DNA of 64,000 nt from an uncultured Candidatus Saccharibacteria bacterium (GCA_964628585.1 CAZVMH010000001.1:64450-128449), one strand, 5' to 3'. Shown: positions 17,182 to 27,987, numbered from the stretch's first letter. A program made the numbers and translations. Notes: generated by a model from the letters alone, not told the origin.

Positions 17182-17969
17182 AAAAATATTTTAAAGTTTT
17201 TTGGATAATAGTTGTAAATTCTATCAAGCGTGACAAATTGGTACCGGGTGCTGTTTTTGCAAATCTTGTTGGCGAGTTGCTTGAAATATCAATCACAATA
17301 ATATTTTTTAATATCATTTTTTCCAATACTAAAACATTTGGCGACTGGACATTTTATCAAACTTTATTTTTATATGCCTATACCAGAACAGTAACCTCAA
17401 TAAGTGCTGCTATAACTCGAGGAGGTACTAAAGATTTGGCTAATAAATTAATTCGCAGAGGCGAACTTGATTTTTTACTCACTAAGCCCCTAGAGTCGTT
17501 TCTCTCTGTTTTATTAAAAAGACCTAGACCATATGTCATTTTAAATACTCTTTTCTTTATTATGCTTGGCTCCTATTCAATACTTAAAGGGGGAATCCAA
17601 ATATCTTTTGCTGGAGTGTGTTTTTTAATTTTTCTAACAATTTTTAGTGTCGTATTGATTTCTTTTTTACGACTTTTAACAGTAATTCCAGTGTTTTGGT
17701 TTATTAGACTCTGGGCAATACAAGATGTTTTAAACAAATTTGTTCAATTTATGCGTTACCCAGCAAAAGTTTTTGCTCTGCCACTTCGAATCGGTCTTTT
17801 TGTGGTTTTGCCCGTCTTGGCTGCTTCCTATATTCCAGCTTCAATTTTTGTAATAGGGTTTAATTGGCTTCAAGCATTGTATTTAATGATTATTACTTAT
17901 ATTTTTGTTATAATAACTAAAGCATTTTGGAAAGCGGGATTAAAAAAATATGGGAGCGCTTCGTCGTAA
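17178..17969 (+). CDS. ABC-2 family exporter permease (DUF990 type)
   Basis: IRRGELDFLLTKP, RYP..VF, GLKKYGSASS. Confidence 0.85.
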   Translation: MKKYFKVFWIIVVNSIKRDKLVPGAVFANLVGELLEISITIIFFNIIFSNTKTFGDWTFYQTLFLYAYTRTVTSISAAITRGGTKDLANKLIRRGELDFLLTKPLESFLSVLLKRPRPYVILNTLFFIMLGSYSILKGGIQISFAGVCFLIFLTIFSVVLISFLRLLTVIPVFWFIRLWAIQDVLNKFVQFMRYPAKVFALPLRIGLFVVLPVLAASYIPASIFVIGFNWLQALYLMIITYIFVIITKAFWKAGLKKYGSASS

Positions 17970-17986
17970 AAATATTTTATAAAGAT

Positions 17987-18943
17987 ATGAAAATAATTGA
18001 AGCAAAAAACATAACAAAAACTTTTACCAAATCAAAATTCAACTGGAAAAATTTTGATTTTGAAAAATCTGACAAAGATGCAGTAAAAAATTTAAGCGTC
18101 GAAATTGAAGAGGGCGAATTTATTGGTTTTTTAGGTCCAAATGGGGCCGGTAAGACTACATTTTTAAAAATGCTTTCTGGTATTCTCTTCCCCACATCGG
18201 GAGAAGCAACTGTTTTTGGCTTCGTTCCCTGGGAGAGAGATTTTAATTATTTGAAACAGATGGGAATTGTAATGGGACAAAAAAATCAGCTTTGGTGGGA
18301 CTTGCCAGCAATAGATTCATACAATTTGCTCAAAGCAATATATGATATTAAAGAAAAAGATTACAAAAATAATTTAGACATGTTTGTAGAAGCCTTAGAT
18401 ATGAAGCATCTTTTAGTAAAAAGACTGAGGGAGATGTCTTTGGGTGAACGAATGAAATGCGAACTAACCGCATCTTTTTTGCACGATCCAAAGGTAATAT
18501 TTTTAGATGAACCAACAATTGGACTGGATGTTGTATCAGCCCAATCAATCAGGAAGTTTCTAAAAACCATTAATAAAGAAAAGAAAAGCACAATTATTTT
18601 AACGAGTCATTATATGGGTGACATTGAAGAACTTTGCAAACGAGTAGTAATTATTAATGAAGGTGAAAAAGTATTTGACGGTGAGTTAAGTAAATTAAAA
18701 GAAAAATATTCTCCTGAAAAGAAAATTGAAATATATCTAAATGGTTTGGAAGATAAAAAAAAGTTTGCTCAGATTAAATGCAATAAAAAAATCCGAGAAA
18801 ATATTGGGTTGATTAGGGCCGAAAAGAATGAAATTGGTCGTATTGTCAAAGAAGTCTTTGAAAGATTTGAACCTGAAAATATTAATATTTCTGATCCTGA
18901 TGCGGAAGAAGTAATTACAAAAATTTTTAAAGAACAAAAATAG
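17987..18943 (+). CDS. ABC transporter ATP-binding protein
   Basis: GPNGAGKTT, MGQKNQLWWDLP, SLGERMK, FLDEPTIGLD. Confidence 0.92.
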   Translation: MKIIEAKNITKTFTKSKFNWKNFDFEKSDKDAVKNLSVEIEEGEFIGFLGPNGAGKTTFLKMLSGILFPTSGEATVFGFVPWERDFNYLKQMGIVMGQKNQLWWDLPAIDSYNLLKAIYDIKEKDYKNNLDMFVEALDMKHLLVKRLREMSLGERMKCELTASFLHDPKVIFLDEPTIGLDVVSAQSIRKFLKTINKEKKSTIILTSHYMGDIEELCKRVVIINEGEKVFDGELSKLKEKYSPEKKIEIYLNGLEDKKKFAQIKCNKKIRENIGLIRAEKNEIGRIVKEVFERFEPENINISDPDAEEVITKIFKEQK

Positions 18944-19023
18944 TTTTATCTCGTTCATATCAGCCATTTTAAACCATAAAGTGCTCTTTTATCTTAAGCT
19001 TAATTTTGATAATATGAAGTTAG

Positions 19024-22000
19024 ATGTTTAAAAAAGTTGATCCAAAATTGAATCTTCCTGAAGAAGAGGAGAAAGTTCTTAGGTTCTGGGATGAAAACGG
19101 AATTTTTGAGAAGTCTCTCGAAAAAGATAGCCCAAAAGGCAACTTTGTTTTTTATGAGGGCCCTCCGACTGCAAATGGTCATCCTGGTATTCACCATGTG
19201 GAGGCTCGTTCTTTTAAAGATCTTTTTTGTCGTTACAAAACAATGCAGGGCTATTATGTAAAACGAAAAGCTGGTTGGGACACACATGGTTTGCCGGTTG
19301 AATTGCAGGTAGAAAAAGAACTTGGTATTTCTGGCAAGGGTCAGATTGAAACACTTGTTCCTGGCGACAAGAAAGCTTCGATTGAAAAATTTAACAAACT
19401 CTGCAGGGAATCGGTTTGGAAGTTTAAGGGCGAGTGGGAGGAAATGACAGAGCGCATGGCCTATTGGGTAGATATGAATCACCCTTACATTACATATGAT
19501 GCAAACTATATTGAGAGCATTTGGAATATAATGTCTGAGATTGATAAAAAAGGACTTCTATATCGTGGTCACAAGGTCGTGCCATATTGTAATCGTTGCG
19601 GAACTACTCTTTCATCGCATGAAGTAGCACAGGGGTACAAAAATATCGAAGAAGAATCTGTACATATAGTATTAAAGTCAAAAAAAGATCCTGCAATTAA
19701 ATTCTTGGTTTGGACTACGACTCCATGGACGCTGGCAGGCAATGCAGCGATAGCAGTAAATCCTAAGATCGTTTATAGCTTATTGCAGATAGCAGATAGC
19801 AATTCAAAAATTGTTATGGCAAAGAACAGAATAGGTGGTGTTTTAAAAAATATCGATTACAAGGTTATCGAAGAGTTTTCAGGTGAAGAGTTTGTCAGAA
19901 AATACTCTACCGGTGGACAAGATTATGAGCCAATCTACCCAGATGGTGAAAAGTTTGTCGAAGGTGGAGAAAAGTCATACAAAATCATACTTGCCAATTA
20001 TGTTTCTGATTCAGATGGAAGTGGCATAGTTCATATTGCTCCAGCTTTTGGGCAAGATGACTATGTTTGGGGTTATCAAAAAAATCAAATCAAAGTTTTA
20101 AAAACTGTCGACGAAAAGGGGACAGAGCTTGCTGGAGCGGGCAAAGGTAGTTTTGTTAAGAAAGCCGATACCGAAATAAAAGCAGACTTAGAGAAACGAG
20201 AAATTTTATTTAAAACTGAAAAAGTTAAGCACGACTATCCGTTTTGCTGGCGTTGCGACTCCCCTCTTTTATATTTTGCTCGTGACTCTTGGTATATTGC
20301 CTCAAGCAAAATTAAAAACGAACTAGTTGCGAACAACGAACACATTAACTGGAATCCCGCCTACTTGAAGCATGGCCGTTTTGGTAATTGGCTCCAGAAT
20401 ATTGAAGACTGGGCCATCTCACGCGACCGATACTGGGGGACTCCACTTCCTGTCTGGAACTGCCAAAAATGTACCAAGAAAAAAGTGGTGGGTGATTTTA
20501 TGGATTTTAACAAAAGCAAAAATGAAACTATTACAAAACTTATTTTTGTTCGACACGGCGAATCAGAAACTAATGTAGGACATTTCAATTCAATATTACA
20601 CGACAAATGGGGGTTAACTACGCTTGGTAGAACACAAGCCGAGGCTGTTGCCGAAGACCTAAAAGATATTCAGGTTGACGCACTCCTTGTCTCGCCAGTT
20701 TTACGCGCTAAGGAAACAGCCAAGATTATTGAAAATAAGATTGGAATAAAATCTGAAGAAGATGCCCTTATTTCCGAATATGATTTTGGAGAATGGTGTG
20801 AAATAAGTAGAGAAGAACGCCTAAAACTTGAAGAATATAAAAGATACAAAGCAGTAACAACGCTCGAAGAAAAGTATCAATTCAAGCTAGGTGGTGCTGA
20901 GTCAAGAAAAGACGTTGTAACACGTGTAAAAACCTTTCTAGATAAGATTATGAAAAAGTACGAAGGCAAAACTATTGTGGTGGTCAGCCATGGCGGAATT
21001 TTAGCTGCTATTATGAAAAATATTGCCGATATATCCTTAGAAGAATATGATCATGTTGAAGACCATGTTTTACAGGGTCAACCGCATATTCGATATATTA
21101 ACTCAAGGGGCAAGCTTTTTGATCCGCATAAACCATATATTGACGAAATTACTTTTGATTGCGAATGCGGTGGAGAAATGGTTCGAACGCCCGAAGTGCT
21201 AGATGTTTGGCTTGATTCCGGCACTATGCCTTTTTCTCAATACCATTTTCCATTTATTAATAATACTCTTCTCAGAGAGCAATTTCCGGCCGACTTTATA
21301 TCTGAAGCGGTTGACCAAACCAGAGGTTGGTTCTGGACCCTTCTTGCCATTTCAACAATTCTTAAAGGCGAGTCGCCATACAAGAACGTTATCTCCTTGG
21401 GTCATGTTTTGGATGAAAAAGGCAAGAAGATGTCAAAGTCTTTGGGCAATATCATTTTCCCAATGCAAGCATTCGATAAATATGGTGCCGACATTATTAG
21501 ATATTATTTCTTCTGTGTTAATGGACCAGGTGAACCAAAACTCTTTTCTGACAAAGAAGTTACTTCATTATCGAGAAATTTATTCTTAACACTTTGGAAC
21601 GTTTTTTCATTCTTTATTACTTATGCTTCAATTGATAATTTCGAACCAAAGGAAAATATTGAACGCAAAAATATTTTGGATCGATGGGTATTGGCTAAAT
21701 TTAATAAACTGGTTGAAGAAGTAAATGAAGGATTAGACCACTACGATACTTTCAAACCAAGTAACTTAATAATTGAATTTGTCGGTGAACTTTCAACTTG
21801 GTATGTAAGACGATCAAGAAGAAGATTCTGGAAGAGTGAGAACGATAGTGATAAAATTGAAGCTTTTCAAACTTTGTATGAAATTATCATACAACTAGCA
21901 AAGTTGCTGGCACCGTTCACTCCGATGTTTGCTGAAACCATTTATTCTTATTTGCGAACCGAGAAAGATCCAATTTCAATTCACCTAACCGATTATCCAA

Positions 22001-22515
22001 AACCGGTAAAAATGGATGATTTAGTAATTAAAGAAATGGATACGGCCAGAAAGATTGTAGAGGCTGGTCTGTCAAAAAGAGCAAGTGCAGGGATTAAAGT
22101 TCGTCAACCTTTAAGCAAATTAACTTACAATGGTAGTAAATTAGATTCCGAATTAGAAACAATCATTGCCGAAGAAGTAAATGTGAAGTCTGTAGAAAAC
22201 GACTCAAAAATCACAGAGGTAATAATCGACACAGAAATTTCTCCAGAACTGAAAATGGAAGGGACTGCCAGAGAGATAATCCGAAACATCCAATCGCTAC
22301 GAAAGAAGACAGGTTTTGAAGTTGAAGACAGGATCGGTATGGTCTATCAAACAGAATCAAAATTTCTAGCAGATACTCTGGAAAAATTTGAAGAAGTAAT
22401 TAGCAAAGAAATTTTAGCCAAATCGATCAAATCTGGTAAATTAAAATCCGAAGGGACAGAAGAATTCACCATCGATGGCGAGAAAATTCAGATTGGAATT
22501 AACAAAAATAATTGA
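19024..22515 (+). CDS. ileS: Isoleucyl-tRNA synthetase type 2 with an inserted histidine-phosphatase domain
   Basis: EGPPTANG.PGIHH, GWDTHGLPVE, WTTTPWTL, DWAISR.RYWGTP, DQTRGWF, KMSKS; RHGES...SHGG insert. Confidence 0.95.
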   Translation: MFKKVDPKLNLPEEEEKVLRFWDENGIFEKSLEKDSPKGNFVFYEGPPTANGHPGIHHVEARSFKDLFCRYKTMQGYYVKRKAGWDTHGLPVELQVEKELGISGKGQIETLVPGDKKASIEKFNKLCRESVWKFKGEWEEMTERMAYWVDMNHPYITYDANYIESIWNIMSEIDKKGLLYRGHKVVPYCNRCGTTLSSHEVAQGYKNIEEESVHIVLKSKKDPAIKFLVWTTTPWTLAGNAAIAVNPKIVYSLLQIADSNSKIVMAKNRIGGVLKNIDYKVIEEFSGEEFVRKYSTGGQDYEPIYPDGEKFVEGGEKSYKIILANYVSDSDGSGIVHIAPAFGQDDYVWGYQKNQIKVLKTVDEKGTELAGAGKGSFVKKADTEIKADLEKREILFKTEKVKHDYPFCWRCDSPLLYFARDSWYIASSKIKNELVANNEHINWNPAYLKHGRFGNWLQNIEDWAISRDRYWGTPLPVWNCQKCTKKKVVGDFMDFNKSKNETITKLIFVRHGESETNVGHFNSILHDKWGLTTLGRTQAEAVAEDLKDIQVDALLVSPVLRAKETAKIIENKIGIKSEEDALISEYDFGEWCEISREERLKLEEYKRYKAVTTLEEKYQFKLGGAESRKDVVTRVKTFLDKIMKKYEGKTIVVVSHGGILAAIMKNIADISLEEYDHVEDHVLQGQPHIRYINSRGKLFDPHKPYIDEITFDCECGGEMVRTPEVLDVWLDSGTMPFSQYHFPFINNTLLREQFPADFISEAVDQTRGWFWTLLAISTILKGESPYKNVISLGHVLDEKGKKMSKSLGNIIFPMQAFDKYGADIIRYYFFCVNGPGEPKLFSDKEVTSLSRNLFLTLWNVFSFFITYASIDNFEPKENIERKNILDRWVLAKFNKLVEEVNEGLDHYDTFKPSNLIIEFVGELSTWYVRRSRRRFWKSENDSDKIEAFQTLYEIIIQLAKLLAPFTPMFAETIYSYLRTEKDPISIHLTDYPKPVKMDDLVIKEMDTARKIVEAGLSKRASAGIKVRQPLSKLTYNGSKLDSELETIIAEEVNVKSVENDSKITEVIIDTEISPELKMEGTAREIIRNIQSLRKKTGFEVEDRIGMVYQTESKFLADTLEKFEEVISKEILAKSIKSGKLKSEGTEEFTIDGEKIQIGINKNN

Positions 22516-22546
22516 TATCGAACGTAAGTTTGGGCATAATCAAATT

Positions 22547-23935
22547 ATGGAGATGAAACTTTTCAATACATTGGGACGCAAACAGGAAATCTTTAAGCCG
22601 ATCAAAAAAAATGAAGTCGGTATTTATTCCTGTGGCCCAACAGTTTATTGGAACCAGCACATCGGAAACATGTATGCCTACGTTGAGTGGGATTTGCTTA
22701 ATCGAACTCTAAAATATCTTGGCTATAAAACAACCTGGGTCATGAATATTACTGATGTAGGCCATTTAACTTCAGACGAAGACACCGGAGAAGACAAACT
22801 GGAAAAGGGCGCCAAGAGCGAGGGGATCTCTGTCTGGAAGATCGCCGATAAATATATTGGTCAATTTAAGGAAAGCATGAATCTTCTTAATATTAAAGAA
22901 CCAGACGAATTGCCTCGAGCAACAGACCATATTGCAGAACAAATCAAGATGATAGAGGAGATGGAAAAAAGAGGCTTTACCTATAAAACTAAAACAGGAA
23001 TTGTTTTTGATACTTCTAAATTCCCTGATTATGCCAAGTTTGCCAATTTAAATCTTGAGGAACAAAAAGCTGGCTCTCGTGTCGAAGTAGATGAGGAAAA
23101 GAAGAATCCTTGGGATTTTTTGCTCTGGATTACAAATCAGCCAAATCATGTAATGCAATGGGATTCACCTTGGGGCAAGGGCTTCCCTGGCTGGCATATT
23201 GAATGTACAGCCATGTCAACAAAGTATCTTGGCAATAAATTTGATATTCATACTGGTGGTAAAGAACATATCCCAGTTCATCATACCAACGAAATTGCTC
23301 AGGCTTACGGAGCTTTTGGCGAGCAGACAGCCAACTATTGGCTTCACAACGAGTGGGTTACCTTTGGTGGAGATAAAATCGCAAAGAGTGCTGGCAGTGC
23401 AATTTTAATTACAGATTTAGAGGAAAAGGGGTTCTCTCCGCTTTCTTATCGATATTTGATTATGACCTCACATTACCGGACCGGTTTAAATTTTACCTGG
23501 GAAAGCTTGGAGAGTGCACAAATCGCTCTAAATCGATTAAAAAATTCAATTAAAAAACTTCAGGAAGCATCAAACGATAATATCAAATCCAATCCAAAGG
23601 AAGACATAAACTGGGATGCAAAGTTCAAAAATGCGATCGCAGACGATCTGGGCACTCCACAAGCCATTGCAATTTTATGGGACATGTTAAAAGGGGATAT
23701 GAGCGCCAAAGAAAAAATCGAATTAGTGGCAAAGTGGGATAAAGTCTTCGGGCTAGACTTGTTAGAAATCAAAAAAGAAGAAATACCTGCCGAAGTATCC
23801 GAATTGGCTAAAGAACGCGCCAATGTCAGAAAAGAGAAAGCTTGGCAAAAGTCAGATGAACTAAGAGATAAAATATCGGAACTAGGTTACGAGGTGATAG
23901 ACACTTCAAGAGGATTCGAAATTAGAAAGAAATAA
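22547..23935 (+). CDS. cysS: Cysteinyl-tRNA synthetase
   Basis: CGPTVY..HIGN, MNITDVGH, GFPGWHIEC, DIHTGG..H..HHTNE, KIAKS. Confidence 0.96.
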   Translation: MEMKLFNTLGRKQEIFKPIKKNEVGIYSCGPTVYWNQHIGNMYAYVEWDLLNRTLKYLGYKTTWVMNITDVGHLTSDEDTGEDKLEKGAKSEGISVWKIADKYIGQFKESMNLLNIKEPDELPRATDHIAEQIKMIEEMEKRGFTYKTKTGIVFDTSKFPDYAKFANLNLEEQKAGSRVEVDEEKKNPWDFLLWITNQPNHVMQWDSPWGKGFPGWHIECTAMSTKYLGNKFDIHTGGKEHIPVHHTNEIAQAYGAFGEQTANYWLHNEWVTFGGDKIAKSAGSAILITDLEEKGFSPLSYRYLIMTSHYRTGLNFTWESLESAQIALNRLKNSIKKLQEASNDNIKSNPKEDINWDAKFKNAIADDLGTPQAIAILWDMLKGDMSAKEKIELVAKWDKVFGLDLLEIKKEEIPAEVSELAKERANVRKEKAWQKSDELRDKISELGYEVIDTSRGFEIRKK

Positions 23936-23949
23936 CGAAAGGACATAGC

Positions 23950-24951
23950 ATGAAAAAAGTCATACTTACAGGCGACAGACCAACTGGAAAACTTCATCTA
24001 GGACATTTTATAGGCTCCCTTCAAAATAGAGTAAAACTTCAGGACGAATATGAGGAGTATATTCTTATCGCAGATATGCAAGCTCTGACTGACAATGCTG
24101 AAAATCCAGAAAAAGTTAGTAGCAATATTTTAGAGGTTGTCTTAGATTATTTGGCAGTTGGAATTGACCCAGATAAAGCCACGATCTGTCTTCAATCAGA
24201 GCTGCCAGCGCTTGCAGAGTTAACAATGTACTATTTAAATCTTGTTACATTGGCTCGTCTGCAAAGGAATCCAACAGTAAAAGATGAAATGAAGCAAAAA
24301 GGTTTTGAGGCCAATGTTCCGGTCGGTTTTTTAACTTACCCTATTAGTCAAGCAGCCGATATTACTGCTTTTAAAGCCGGTTTTGTTCCAGTGGGAGAAG
24401 ATCAGGTACCCGTTTTAGAACAGACGAACGAGATAGTTAAAAAATTTAATGCTAGTTATAAGACAGATGTTTTAGTTGAATGCGAGCCAATTTTGTCGAA
24501 GGTTGGAAGACTTCCTGGCACAGATGGCAGTGCTAAGATGAGCAAGTCACTAGAAAATTGCATTTATCTTTCTGACTCTGATGAGGAAATAAAGAAAAAG
24601 GTAATGAGCATGTACACAGATCCTGCCCATATCAAAGCAGAAGATCCAGGCAAGATTGAAGGTAACACAGTGTTCATTTATCTTGATGCCTTTGATCTAG
24701 AGAAAGAGGCAGTACAAAAACTAAAAGAACAATATCAAAAAGGTGGCTTAGGCGACGTGGCGGTTAAAGAAAGATTGGTTGGCGTATTGCAGAATCTAAT
24801 TAAACCAATTAGAGAAAGAAGAGAAGCGCTAGCAAAAGATCCTAAAAAAATAATGGAAATTGTTAAAGCCGGTACGATAAAAGCGCAAAAAGTGACCGAA
24901 GTAACTCTCGAAGAGGTCAAAAAGGCAATGAAATTAAACTATTTTAACTAA
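23950..24951 (+). CDS. trpS: Tryptophanyl-tRNA synthetase
   Basis: TGDRPTGKLHLGH, YPISQAADI, VPVGEDQ, KMSKS. Confidence 0.97.
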   Translation: MKKVILTGDRPTGKLHLGHFIGSLQNRVKLQDEYEEYILIADMQALTDNAENPEKVSSNILEVVLDYLAVGIDPDKATICLQSELPALAELTMYYLNLVTLARLQRNPTVKDEMKQKGFEANVPVGFLTYPISQAADITAFKAGFVPVGEDQVPVLEQTNEIVKKFNASYKTDVLVECEPILSKVGRLPGTDGSAKMSKSLENCIYLSDSDEEIKKKVMSMYTDPAHIKAEDPGKIEGNTVFIYLDAFDLEKEAVQKLKEQYQKGGLGDVAVKERLVGVLQNLIKPIRERREALAKDPKKIMEIVKAGTIKAQKVTEVTLEEVKKAMKLNYFN

Positions 24952-24952
24952 T

Positions 24953-27151
24953 ATGAAACAGTTCGAAAAAACCTGGCAACACGATAAATTTGAAGAAAAA
25001 ATATACTCTGATTGGGAAAAATCGGGATTTTTTCGGCCAGAATACAGAATACAGAATACAGATAACAGTAAAACTGAACTTCAATATGATCGTGAAAAAG
25101 ACGGGAATCCTTTTGTTATTGCAATGCCACCACCAAATGTTACGGGTAAACTTCACCTGGGTCATTCACTGGTGTTAACACTTGAAGACATTATGATTCG
25201 GTTTCATAGAATGAAAGGGCAGCCTTCTCTTTGGATTCCTGGGATGGACCACGCTGGTATTGCGACCCAAACGGTGGTAGATAAAGCATTAAAGAAAAAA
25301 GGCATCAACAAAAACGATCTTGGACGCGAAAAGTTTATTGAGGAAGTTTGGAAATGGAAAAAGGAATATGGCGACATTATTCTAGAACAGACTCGCAAAA
25401 TGGGTGCCTCCTGTGACTGGTCGCGTGAACGATTCACTATGGATGAGGGATTATCAAATTCTGTAAAAGTAGCTTTTGTTGATTTCTATAAAAAAGGTTT
25501 AATCTATCGCGGTGAATACGTTGTGAACTGGTGTCCTAGATGCCAAACTGCCATTGCTGACGACGAAGTAGAACATATTGAGCAAAAAACCAAGCTTTAC
25601 TATTTTAAGTATGACAAAAATTTCCCAATCACCATTGCCACAACCAGACCAGAAACAAAGTTGGGCGATGTTGGGGTGGCGGTTAATCCAAATGATAAAA
25701 GATACAAAAATTACATCGGTAAAAAATTCGAAGTAAATATTGACGGCGTAAAGCGAAAGATTCTTGTTTTTGGCGATAGATCGGTAGATGAAAAATTTGG
25801 CACAGGCGCCGTTGGCGTAACTCCGGCCCACTCACTTATCGACTGGAAAATGGCAGAGGAGAACAAACTTCCCGTAATAAAAGTTATAGACAAATATGGC
25901 AAAATGACCGAGGAGGCAGGTAAATACGCAGGACTTAAAGCAAAAGAAGCGGGCGATAAATTAGTTGAATATTTTAAAGCAAATGGTCTTCTAGAAAAAG
26001 AAGAAGACTACGACAACAATCTTTCCACCTGTTATAGATGCAACACCGCCATTGAACCAATTCCTTCACTCCAATGGTTTGTAAAAATGAAACCTTTGGC
26101 CGAAAAGGCCAAAGGGGCGGTTAAATCCGGGCAAATTAAAATAATTCCAGAGCAGTATGAAAAAGTATACTTTCACTGGATGGACAATATCCGAGACTGG
26201 TGTATCTCGCGGCAACTTTGGTGGGGACATCAAATTCCAGTTTGGTATAAAGGCAAAGAAGTTTATTGCGGACTGGAAGCTCCAAAAGGAAACGGTTGGG
26301 AGCAGGATCCGGATGTTTTAGACACCTGGTTCTCGTCTGGTCTCTGGCCGTTTTCGACATTGGGTTGGCCCGATAAAACAAAAGATTACAATTACTTTTT
26401 TCCGAACACTGTAATGGAAACGGGAAAAGACATTCTTTTTTTCTGGGTTGCTAGAATGATTATGATGAGTTTGGAACTAACCGGCAAGATTCCGTTTGAA
26501 ACAGTTTATTTGCATGGTATGGTTCAAGATGAGCATAACAAGAAAATGAGCAAATCCTCTGGCAATGCTCTTGACCCACTGACGCTGATTGAAAAATATG
26601 GCACAGACGCAATTAGAATGTCCTTGGTTGTTGGGGCGACTCCTGGCCAGAATATTGCCATGAGCGACGCAAAGATTAAAGGCTACAGAAATTTCTCCAA
26701 TAAAATATGGAATGCCTCACGTTTTGTAACACTTAGAGTTTCAGAGGGCGATCTGCAGGCAGGTGAAGTTGGTCCTCAAAAAATTGAAAACCTAAATATT
26801 GATGCCAAAACATTGACCGAAGCAGACAAAGAAATTTTGTCTTTGCATAAAGAAATCGTTTCGGCCGTAACAGAAAAAATCGAAAAGTTTCGTTTCTCGC
26901 AAGCGGGCGAAGAGCTTTACGAATATTTCTGGCATCAATTTTGTGATATTTACATCGAAAAAGCAAAATTACAGCTTGAAGGAGAAAATAAGGAAAATAC
27001 TAAAAAGATTTTAATTAAAATACTATCAGAATCACTTGCCATGCTTCACCCTTTCGTACCATTTGTTACAGAAGCGGTCTGGCAAGAACTCCGCGAAATT
27101 TACCCAAAACTTTCAAAATCAATAATGATCTCTAGCTGGCCCAATATTTAA
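24953..27151 (+). CDS. valS: Valyl-tRNA synthetase lacking the C-terminal coiled coil
   Basis: PPPNVTGKLHLGH, DHAGIATQ, DWCISRQLWWGH, DTWFSS, FFWVARM, KMSKS; ends at 732 aa. Confidence 0.96.
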   Translation: MKQFEKTWQHDKFEEKIYSDWEKSGFFRPEYRIQNTDNSKTELQYDREKDGNPFVIAMPPPNVTGKLHLGHSLVLTLEDIMIRFHRMKGQPSLWIPGMDHAGIATQTVVDKALKKKGINKNDLGREKFIEEVWKWKKEYGDIILEQTRKMGASCDWSRERFTMDEGLSNSVKVAFVDFYKKGLIYRGEYVVNWCPRCQTAIADDEVEHIEQKTKLYYFKYDKNFPITIATTRPETKLGDVGVAVNPNDKRYKNYIGKKFEVNIDGVKRKILVFGDRSVDEKFGTGAVGVTPAHSLIDWKMAEENKLPVIKVIDKYGKMTEEAGKYAGLKAKEAGDKLVEYFKANGLLEKEEDYDNNLSTCYRCNTAIEPIPSLQWFVKMKPLAEKAKGAVKSGQIKIIPEQYEKVYFHWMDNIRDWCISRQLWWGHQIPVWYKGKEVYCGLEAPKGNGWEQDPDVLDTWFSSGLWPFSTLGWPDKTKDYNYFFPNTVMETGKDILFFWVARMIMMSLELTGKIPFETVYLHGMVQDEHNKKMSKSSGNALDPLTLIEKYGTDAIRMSLVVGATPGQNIAMSDAKIKGYRNFSNKIWNASRFVTLRVSEGDLQAGEVGPQKIENLNIDAKTLTEADKEILSLHKEIVSAVTEKIEKFRFSQAGEELYEYFWHQFCDIYIEKAKLQLEGENKENTKKILIKILSESLAMLHPFVPFVTEAVWQELREIYPKLSKSIMISSWPNI

Positions 27152-27175
27152 AATAGACCAAAGGAATTATCGGAG

Positions 27176-27865
27176 GTGTTAATGATAGGCATGAAACCTG
27201 GACCGGAAGTTGGAGGAGAATATAAATATTTAACAAACAGAACAGATAGAGAGGCAATTTTTGATTGTACTAAAAATTTAGTTGAATATGTTTATAACAA
27301 TCAAATTCCTCATATTGTATTATTTGATCGAAGTGCAAGACCGATGAGTACTGCAATATTGAAATATTGGATGGAAACTTATCCAAATGATCCTCGACCA
27401 GAGATAGAATTTATCAATCCTGATGGTTTTCGTGATTTTGCCTTTTATAGACAAAAAGATGCTGATTTAGAGAGTCATAAGAACGTTGTGAAGCAAGAAT
27501 TTGTACAAAATTACCCAAAATTAATGGCGGACAGAGATAAATCGATTTTACTTTTTGATGTTTGTATACATTCAGGCGATACAATGGAGCCAGTTGTTAT
27601 TGCTCTTAAAGAATTCGGCTTTACAAATTTAATAATTGGTTCGGCTAAATCTGAAGATATGGGATCGGCAGTTACACCAGATGTCACATTCATTGATGAA
27701 TCTCAGAGTCTGTGTGAACCTTTCCCTCAAAGCGTAGTTGAGAAAACAAACGATAGTGTTCACACCAAGAGACGGGTTGCAAATAGCCAATTTCTAAAAG
27801 AGGCTCGTGGTGCTAGACAGGAGATTAAACAAATGATTGAAGAAGGTACTGATAAAACCATATAG
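27176..27865 (+). CDS. Phosphoribosyltransferase-like hypothetical protein
   Basis: LFDRSARP and a PRPP-loop-like ILLFDVCIHSGDT. Confidence 0.55.
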   Translation: MLMIGMKPGPEVGGEYKYLTNRTDREAIFDCTKNLVEYVYNNQIPHIVLFDRSARPMSTAILKYWMETYPNDPRPEIEFINPDGFRDFAFYRQKDADLESHKNVVKQEFVQNYPKLMADRDKSILLFDVCIHSGDTMEPVVIALKEFGFTNLIIGSAKSEDMGSAVTPDVTFIDESQSLCEPFPQSVVEKTNDSVHTKRRVANSQFLKEARGARQEIKQMIEEGTDKTI

Positions 27866-27901
27866 AAATGATTTTTCTAGCAATTTTCGATTTCGTTTTT
27901 G

Positions 27902-27930
27902 TTGACTTTATTTTTATTGGTGGTTACTAT
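27902..27930 (+). promoter_or_regulatory. purF promoter
   Basis: TTGACT-17-TACTAT; GGAGG SD before the TTG start. Confidence 0.6.
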
Positions 27931-27987
27931 CTAAGTAACGGGTCTTAAGTAAAAAAGATTAAGCAAACCAAAACCTAGGAGGCAAAT

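Noticed and set aside
20530-21110. IleRS insertion as an intein
   Set aside because: No Cys/Ser start, His-Asn end or LAGLIDADG motifs; it has histidine-phosphatase motifs instead
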